From assembly GCA_003345595.1 (NCBI GenBank), contig PRDI01000056.1:1-16521 (forward strand): a DNA stretch of 16,521 bases, given 5' to 3'. The position numbers and the translations under genes were made by a program. Below the pieces are notes generated by a model that made no database searches, had not been told where the DNA came from, and saw only the letters and a list, made by a program, of their open reading frames with translations. Origin of the DNA: Candidatus Thorarchaeota archaeon. GTDB taxonomy: Archaea; Asgardarchaeota; Thorarchaeia; Thorarchaeales; Thorarchaeaceae. Positions 1-6,119 of the stretch are shown piece by piece (positions within the stretch are counted from its first letter, which is position 1; each line of letters opens with the position of its first letter).

Positions 1-291
1 TGTCAAGACCTGACCGATGGTCAGAAATCCACAATAAACCCCAAGAGCTCGAAGTGGCGCACACTGGAGTTCTTGGCGTCCCAGTCTGTTAAACGCGAGT
101 ACATGGTTCTATCCCGAGGGTACGGGCAGTCTGTTCAGCTGATGGATGCAAAGACATTCACAACGGTAGACGTTGTGGAGACCCCGCTGAGTTCGGAGTG
201 GCGCTCCGGAAGCAGAGTGTTTCTGGTTGAGATCGATGGTGTTCTTTACCCCTTGCCCGAATCTGCTGCCCTTGAATCTGATGCCGTGTAG
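1..291 (+). CDS. nmd3: NMD3 family large-subunit ribosome biogenesis factor, C-terminal part (5'-truncated by window edge)
   Basis: Frame 1 is open from base 1 (CQDLTDGQK...) to TAG at 289-291. 'EYMVLS...VQLMDAKTFTTVDV...GSRVFLVEIDG' resembles the SH3/OB (eIF5A-like) C-terminus of NMD3. It sits upstream of aIF1A-RIO1-KH, consistent with archaeal ribosome-biogenesis clustering. Confidence 0.65.
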   Translation, partial: CQDLTDGQKSTINPKSSKWRTLEFLASQSVKREYMVLSRGYGQSVQLMDAKTFTTVDVVETPLSSEWRSGSRVFLVEIDGVLYPLPESAALESDAV

Positions 292-412
292 AACTGATGG
301 CCGTTTTCGTCGTGGGAAATCTCTTCGCACGAGTATGACAGAAGTAACCCGACCAAGCTCAGTGCGAGGCCTTGGCTGTCAAAGATCGATTGAATGGCTT
401 TGCGTCGCTACG

Positions 413-420
413 CTTAAATG
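413..420 (+). promoter_or_regulatory. Putative TATA box for aIF1A
   Basis: CTTAAATG about 60-70 nt upstream of the likely start codon, in a roughly 190-nt intergenic gap. Confidence 0.4.
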
Positions 421-479
421 CCAACGGACCCACCCGATGGGAAAGGCCCCTGAAACTGCACCGTATGGCCGCTCAATGG

Positions 480-821
480 ATGATCACATTGTCTGACGAC
501 AAAGACGTAGCTCATGACTTTGACTCCTCGTCTGAGGAACTGATAAGGGTGAGAGTTCCCAAGCGGAACGAGGGGGAGATGTTTGGAGTAATAGTGCAGA
601 TGCTTGGCTTCGACAGAGTCAGAGTCAGGTGTGAAGACGGAGAAGTTCGTGTTGGTCGGATTCCAGGTCGCATGAAGAAACGTGTCTGGATGCGAGTTGG
701 GGACACGGTGTTGGTCGTGCCGTGGGACTTCCAGTCGGAGCAGAAATGTGACGTGATTTGGCGATACCGTGATAATGAGCTTGATTGGCTAAAGAAGAAG
801 GGCATTCTCAAGATGTTCTGA
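480..821 (+). CDS. eif1a: Translation initiation factor aIF1A (eIF1A)
   Basis: Motifs 'RVRVP..EGEMFGVIVQMLG..RVRVRCEDG..RVGRIPGRMKKRVWMRVGDTVLVVPWDFQ..KCDVIWRY'. Start is ATG 480 or TTG 489 (GGATGA upstream), not the ORF-track start at 372. Confidence 0.96.
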   Translation: MITLSDDKDVAHDFDSSSEELIRVRVPKRNEGEMFGVIVQMLGFDRVRVRCEDGEVRVGRIPGRMKKRVWMRVGDTVLVVPWDFQSEQKCDVIWRYRDNELDWLKKKGILKMF

Positions 822-874
822 AGTCGAAGTTTCTTATTCATCCGAACCTAGCATAGCGTTGTGCAGGGCCCCGA

Positions 875-1684
875 TTGAGAGGATTGAGCCGCGAATTGAA
901 GCGCATCGATACCAAATATAGGGAGATAGAGTCAGACCTTGAGCGCCAGAGGACAAAGCGGCGGAAGGATGATGATGAGCTGAAGGTTGTGGAGGGCGTA
1001 ATAGACCCACCAACCCTCAAGGCTGTATATCGACTACTCAGTCGTGGCACCCTCCATGCCCTCTATGGTGCAATCAGTACGGGCAAGGAGGCCAATGTAT
1101 ACAGAGGTGTGGACCCGGATGGCAAGTCCGTGGCTGTCAAGATATACAGGGTCACCACGGCAGAGTCTGACTTCATGCTAGAGTATATCGTTGGCGATCC
1201 CCGGTTCAAGAACGTCAAACGCAGGCACAGATCGTTGATTCCTATGTGGGCTATGAAGGAATACAAGAACCTTCAACGTTTCCAAGAGGCAGGAGTGCGA
1301 GCGCCACGACCGATTGCCATACAGCGCAATGTGCTTGTCATGGAGTTCATAGGTAATGTTGATGAAGGTGTGCCCGCACCTCTGTTGAAAAACGTCAGGA
1401 TTCCGTCACCGGCCGAAACTTTCGACGAGATAATAGGGATGATTGACTTGGCGTACAAGAAGGCTGGCTTGGTGCACGCAGACCTAAGTGAGTACAACAT
1501 CCTGTGGCAGAATGGACCCGTTTTCATCGACGTATCGCAGTCTGTACTCGTTAATCATGAAAATGCAGAGCGCTATCTCTATCGAGACCTTGAAAACATC
1601 ACCGCATACTTCCAGAAGCTGGGCGTAGAAACCGAGGACCCCAAGGTCATCATGAAATACATCGTTACCCCTGGTGAAGCATGA
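875..1684 (+). CDS. rio1: RIO1 family atypical serine kinase/ATPase
   Basis: 'ISTGKEANVY', 'AVKIYR', 'WAMKEYKNL', 'NVLVMEFIG', 'LVHADLSEYNIL', 'IDVSQSV'. Start is TTG 875 or 884; CTTATTCA TATA-like element at 833-840. Confidence 0.96.
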   Translation: MRGLSRELKRIDTKYREIESDLERQRTKRRKDDDELKVVEGVIDPPTLKAVYRLLSRGTLHALYGAISTGKEANVYRGVDPDGKSVAVKIYRVTTAESDFMLEYIVGDPRFKNVKRRHRSLIPMWAMKEYKNLQRFQEAGVRAPRPIAIQRNVLVMEFIGNVDEGVPAPLLKNVRIPSPAETFDEIIGMIDLAYKKAGLVHADLSEYNILWQNGPVFIDVSQSVLVNHENAERYLYRDLENITAYFQKLGVETEDPKVIMKYIVTPGEA

Positions 1685-1685
1685 G

Positions 1686-2252
1686 ATGGCGTTTCGCGAG
1701 ACTATTCGAGTGCCGGCAGACAGGGTTGGCGTGATCGTCGGGCGAGATGGTAGAGTCAAGAGAAGAGTCGAGCAGTTGACGAACGCTCGGATAGAAGTGA
1801 CTCCAGATGGGGCTGTCACTATAATGGGCTCTACCGAAACGGCGAATCCGGTCCTCACTTGGAAGGCTCGTGACATTGTCCGGGCAATGGCGAGGGGGTT
1901 TAGTCCCAAGAACGCGTTGACTCTCATCGACGAAGACACGAGGCTTATCGTGATTTCACTACGCGACAGTGTTGGGTCGTCTCCAGACCAGTTGAAAAGA
2001 GTGGCAGGCAGAATAATAGGAGAAAGGGGCCGGACTAGGAGGGTGATCGAGGAGATCACTGAAGCCAAAGTCTGTGTCTATGGTCGAACTGTCTCCATGA
2101 TTGGCACTGATCCCGGGCTAGAGTATGCCACACGGGCACTCACTATGCTAGTTGAGGGTGCACCCCATGCAGTGGTCTACAAGTACCTTGAGAAGATGCG
2201 CAGAGATATGAACCGTCAGAAGGCTGAGCTTTGGGACACGGCTGGACCGTGA
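1686..2252 (+). CDS. KH-domain pre-rRNA processing protein (Dim2/Pno1/Krr1 family)
   Basis: Two KH motifs ('VGVIVGRDGRVK', 'GRIIGERGRTRRVIE'), plus 'ARGFSP' and 'GAPHAVVY'. ATG 1686 directly follows the rio1 stop, with GGTGA at 1673-1677. Confidence 0.93.
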   Translation: MAFRETIRVPADRVGVIVGRDGRVKRRVEQLTNARIEVTPDGAVTIMGSTETANPVLTWKARDIVRAMARGFSPKNALTLIDEDTRLIVISLRDSVGSSPDQLKRVAGRIIGERGRTRRVIEEITEAKVCVYGRTVSMIGTDPGLEYATRALTMLVEGAPHAVVYKYLEKMRRDMNRQKAELWDTAGP

Positions 2253-2314
2253 TGAGCACGTTCGTGTAATACCCGACTCTAATAGGGCTCACCCATATCT
2301 GCTGTCTGAGCAGC

Positions 2315-3829
2315 ATGAGCCAACAAATATCTGGCGGAGAAGCATTCACGAGTATTTCTCCCGCCGAGTTCTTCTACCGGAACCGTCAGATGGCAGGTTT
2401 CGGCAATCCGACACTCGCAGTCTACTCGACGGTGAGAGAGCTTGTTGAGAACAGTCTCGATGCGTGCGATGACTCTGGACGTCTTCCGGTTGTGACTGTA
2501 GATATTACCACAAAGGATTCTGACGCAGTTTCGGTCACTGTTTCGGACAACGGCACAGGAGTTCCGTACGAACATGTTGCTGAGGCCTTTGGCAGAGTGC
2601 TCTTTGGCAACAAGTACAGCGCAAGGCAGAGGCGTGGGACTTTTGGTCTCGGTGCCACGATGGCTGCCTTGTATGGACAGGTGACTACCGATTGTCCTCT
2701 GGAAGTGCATACTCAAACAGAAGAGTCTACAGGCAAAGCATACCGATTGTTCATTGATATAGAGCATAATGTGCCGGTCGTAGAAACAGTAGCAGATCTC
2801 GGCCGGGAGGGCCCGGGTACATCTGTCACAGTCCATCTGAAAGGAGATTTCAAGCGTGCGCAGGACCGTGTCCTTGAGTACCTTCGAATGACTAGTGTTG
2901 CCAGTCCTCATGCAAGATTATTGCTCAGGGTCAATGCAGTCCCACAGGCTGAATTCGGCCCATGGACGGATACTCCGCCGAGGCCAACCACGGCTTCGAA
3001 GCCTCATCCCAGAGGGGCAGATGTTGAACTGCTGAAAAGAATGATTTCAGGCAACAGTGAGAAGCGGCTGAAGGACTTCCTGACAGGTTCATTCCAACAG
3101 ATTGGAGATCGGACGGCATCAAGATTACTCAAGTACATGTGTCTTGATCCTCGCAAGAGTGTAGGATCATTTACACGTGAGGAAGTATCCCTTCTGAGCG
3201 CGGCGCTCCGCAGCTTTGATGGCTTCGATCGTCCCGAGGCTGACTGTCTGAGCCCCCTGGGGAAGGAGGTCTTCCTGACCTCAGTGGGCGCGACGTTTGA
3301 AGTGTCATTCAGCACATACTCTAGAAGAGGGCCGTCCGACTGGGACGGAAATCCCTTCATCATCGAAGGGGTACTGGCAATCGGAACTGGACTCCCACCA
3401 TCTGAAGTGCCAACTCTTTACAGGTTCGCCAATAGGGTTCCTCTACTCTACGACTCGAGCGAGGACGTCTTCATGAAATCACTAAAGAAGATTGACTGGA
3501 CTCGATATGGCCTGACCGCATCTCAGCCAGTTTCGGTGTTTATTCATCTGTGCTCTACGCGAGTGCCCTATAGGGCCGCTGGAAAACAGTCAATAGCTCC
3601 GATTCCTGAAATCGAAGCAGAAGCACTTCCTCTCTTTAGAGAGATGGGCCGGGCTTTCTCCAAATCGGCGGAGAAGATTGCACGTTCAGCCCATGACATC
3701 AAGAAGCTCCGAGAGTTCGCGAAGTCCTTTAGAATGGTAGCAGGATTCGGAGCAGCTCTCGCTGAGTCAGAACCCCCGTCCACCGACCATCTTGTGGCTT
3801 CTCTCTTCGAGGTGAACGATAATGTCTGA
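2315..3829 (+). CDS. top6B: DNA topoisomerase VI subunit B
   Basis: N-terminal strap 'SISPAEFFYRN..MAGF'; GHKL motifs 'ELVENSLDA', 'DNGTG', 'RGTFGLG'; 'KPHP'; H2TH region; transducer 'RFANRVPLLY' and 'STRVPY..AGKQSIA'. Confidence 0.97.
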   Translation: MSQQISGGEAFTSISPAEFFYRNRQMAGFGNPTLAVYSTVRELVENSLDACDDSGRLPVVTVDITTKDSDAVSVTVSDNGTGVPYEHVAEAFGRVLFGNKYSARQRRGTFGLGATMAALYGQVTTDCPLEVHTQTEESTGKAYRLFIDIEHNVPVVETVADLGREGPGTSVTVHLKGDFKRAQDRVLEYLRMTSVASPHARLLLRVNAVPQAEFGPWTDTPPRPTTASKPHPRGADVELLKRMISGNSEKRLKDFLTGSFQQIGDRTASRLLKYMCLDPRKSVGSFTREEVSLLSAALRSFDGFDRPEADCLSPLGKEVFLTSVGATFEVSFSTYSRRGPSDWDGNPFIIEGVLAIGTGLPPSEVPTLYRFANRVPLLYDSSEDVFMKSLKKIDWTRYGLTASQPVSVFIHLCSTRVPYRAAGKQSIAPIPEIEAEALPLFREMGRAFSKSAEKIARSAHDIKKLREFAKSFRMVAGFGAALAESEPPSTDHLVASLFEVNDNV

Positions 3830-4874
3830 CGCTACTGACCCCCAGAATGCTCTCACGCTATTGGGAAGACGGGTTGTCCAGAGCATCATTGAGGGCAGCT
3901 TTCCCACTTTGGAGATACCCGATCGAAGCACTGAGAACATAGTCTTCGACCCAGACCAGCGTCAGTTCGTCCTCGGTGGTTCTCGAGTCGTAAGAAACTC
4001 GAGCAACATCAGGCATGTCAAGAGCTTTGCGCAGCTGCTCTGGACTGCGTACTTCGCAAAGGAACTGCTAAAGGCCTCACGTACCAGCTCGCTCAGAGAC
4101 CTGTACTATTCGAGCGAGGCCTTCGGCGTGAAGTTCACAGATCAATCCGAGTCGGACCGTGTGGTGACGGATCTAGAGTCCCTAATTGGCCTCGCTCGAG
4201 AAGACTTCGGTGTGTTTCCGGAGGAGCATTCATCAGTCTACGGGCAAGTGACAATGCGCTACACGGTACCGGGTTATGATGGACGCGAGGTGGAGCTGAC
4301 TGTCAGCCCCGACGGGCTGCCGATTGGCCCTGCACTGATGACAGCAGAACCTGTTAGAACCGGCGCTGAGATAGTGCTGGCGGTTGAATCCGGTGGGATG
4401 TTTGGGCGACTGATAGAGACGCGTGCTTGGGAGCGGTTCAAGGCGATCCTAGTCCAGCTCGGAGGACAGCCACCAAGATCCACGCGTCGGCTTTTACGTC
4501 GCTTTCATGAGGTGTTGGGACTGCCAGTGTACATATTCACAGATGGTGACCCTTGGGGAATGCATATCGCTCAAGTGATCATCACTGGCAGTGCAAATGC
4601 CGCTCATGTCAGAGGACTCACCGTACCCGATGCCAAGTGGATAGGAGTCACTCCTGCTGATATCAACAACTACTCTCTTCCAACCGAGCAAATGAATGAT
4701 GCTGATCTCAAGAGACTGGATGAGTTGACCCAAGACCTGAGGTACACAGGCAGCATCTGGCAGGAGCACATCCGGGGTTTCAGAGAGTTACGAAGAAAGG
4801 CGGAACAACAGGCCTTCAGCAGGTACGGCATGGACTATGTTGTTGACACATACCTGCCAGACAAGCTTCACTAG
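3822..4874 (+). CDS. top6A: DNA topoisomerase VI subunit A (Spo11 family)
   Basis: Catalytic 'LRDLYY', TOPRIM 'VESGGMF' and 'FTDGDPWG', C-terminal 'KAEQQA'. Overlaps top6B by 8 nt. Confidence 0.97.
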   Translation: MSDATDPQNALTLLGRRVVQSIIEGSFPTLEIPDRSTENIVFDPDQRQFVLGGSRVVRNSSNIRHVKSFAQLLWTAYFAKELLKASRTSSLRDLYYSSEAFGVKFTDQSESDRVVTDLESLIGLAREDFGVFPEEHSSVYGQVTMRYTVPGYDGREVELTVSPDGLPIGPALMTAEPVRTGAEIVLAVESGGMFGRLIETRAWERFKAILVQLGGQPPRSTRRLLRRFHEVLGLPVYIFTDGDPWGMHIAQVIITGSANAAHVRGLTVPDAKWIGVTPADINNYSLPTEQMNDADLKRLDELTQDLRYTGSIWQEHIRGFRELRRKAEQQAFSRYGMDYVVDTYLPDKLH

Positions 4875-5908
4875 AGCCATCCAATCCCCAACGGGTATGC
4901 AAACAGAAGCAAGAGGACGCCCGAGTAGGCAAGCACTGCTTGGAGCAGGACAAGCAACATGACGTTCTTCTTCTCTGTTATTCTCTTGGAGAAGTACGGC
5001 AGTAACCAGTACATCGTGTATGGTCCGGCAACTTCCAGTGTTCCATCAGGACGTGGCGATGCGAACTTTGCATACTTCGCGCCCGAACGTTTGACATGTA
5101 TTCTGTATATGATGTACATAAGGAAGTTCGCAAGATAAGTGACGAAGAGTATCGCAGCCAGCCTGTCCATGTTGCCGAGTATGAGTGCAGCGGCCATCGT
5201 TGCCCCCATTGGCAGAAGACCGACATCGCCTGACAACACCTTTGCTGGATACCTGTTGAAAACCAAGAATGCAATAGATGCCCCAAGTAACGCACCTGCG
5301 ATGGTTGCCGCGTCAATCTGCCCCTGTGTGTTGCTCTCCAGAGTGAAGAATGGCGACAGAACCACATAGACTACTAATGCTGAGGAATTCACACTGGCCA
5401 ATCCCGCTTCAAGGCCGTTCATTCCAGCATACATGTTGGTGGCATCGATTATGAAGGTCGTCATAAGAGGTACTACGACGAGCGGATACAATATGCCTAG
5501 ATTCACTGTGCCTATCACAGGCAGCGACATGGTCGGAGTGCCTACGCTCATAGCAACCATGGGAATCGATGCGAGCAGAGGGAGGGCAATCTTTGTCCTG
5601 TTCCTGAAGTCCAAGTTATCATCAAGCAACCCGATCAGCCCTGCCATCAGGATGGACACAAGCGCCGCCATCAGCCCTGGAGCAACGACCTCTTGCTCTT
5701 GAAACGTGGTGATTCCAATGACGATCAGCAGCGTTGTCACTACTGCAAAAAGCATGATGATACCGCCCCCTTTCGGTATCGCCGGTTTCTCTGGTTTATG
5801 AACATCAATTCCCGTCCTGCCTTTCTCGATGAGCATCCTGATAGTGCTGGGCATGGCTATCATCACGAATGCGAACGCAATCACAACAGCAATGAGAATC
5901 GTGAGCAT
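4871..5908 (-). CDS. UDP-GlcNAc:dolichol-phosphate GlcNAc-1-P transferase (AglH/Alg7/DPAGT1-like, MraY/Glycos_transf_4 family)
   Basis: Multi-TM protein with 'GIDVHK', 'IPKGGG', 'GLLDD', 'TNMYAGMNGLEAG', 'FNRYPAKVLSGDVG'. Start is probably ATG 5908 (MLTIL...); the ORF extends to 5986. Its stop overlaps the top6A stop in CTAG 4871-4874. Confidence 0.85.
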   Translation of the reverse strand: MLTILIAVVIAFAFVMIAMPSTIRMLIEKGRTGIDVHKPEKPAIPKGGGIIMLFAVVTTLLIVIGITTFQEQEVVAPGLMAALVSILMAGLIGLLDDNLDFRNRTKIALPLLASIPMVAMSVGTPTMSLPVIGTVNLGILYPLVVVPLMTTFIIDATNMYAGMNGLEAGLASVNSSALVVYVVLSPFFTLESNTQGQIDAATIAGALLGASIAFLVFNRYPAKVLSGDVGLLPMGATMAAALILGNMDRLAAILFVTYLANFLMYIIYRIHVKRSGAKYAKFASPRPDGTLEVAGPYTMYWLLPYFSKRITEKKNVMLLVLLQAVLAYSGVLLLLFAYPLGIGWL

Positions 5909-6001
5909 GATAGAGTCTTCCGGGTCGGGCTGACTCTGGCTGGGTTTTACACTTTTCGGATAATGAATGCTTTCTCGTGCCATCATCTGTGATGTCGAAG
6001 G

Positions 6002-6032
6002 TACATTTCGTGTATGTACGAAACGTATTTAA
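6002..6032. promoter_or_regulatory. Imperfect 26-bp palindrome abutting a TATA-like TATTTAA in the divergent promoter region
   Basis: TAC-A-TTTCGT-GTATGT-ACGAAA-C-GTA (6002-6027), overlapping TATTTAA (6026-6032). Confidence 0.5.
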
Positions 6033-6119
6033 CGACTCCAGAAACTCGACCGCATCGTTTGCGACTAGGCCAGCCCAGAGGCGATAAGTCGCTGAGAACC
6101 TCGTCTGCGGTGACAAGTC

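Noticed and set aside
372-479. N-terminal extension of aIF1A in the ORF track
   Set aside because: No aIF1A-like sequence, and it spans the putative TATA box; the real start is probably 480 or 489.
1484-2911. Long antisense ORFs (194 aa at 1484-2068; 210 aa at 2279-2911) and other shadow ORFs
   Set aside because: They overlap well-supported genes on the opposite strand and show no recognisable motifs.
2315-4874. Possible divergent, meiotic Spo11/TopoVIB-like pair
   Set aside because: All GHKL, switch-lysine, catalytic Tyr and TOPRIM motifs are intact, and the genes sit in the standard aIF1A-rio1-KH-top6B-top6A context, so this is ordinary topoisomerase VI.
4871-4874. Shared CTAG containing both convergent stop codons (top6A and the transferase)
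   Set aside because: A common form of genome compaction, with no evidence of a separate function.
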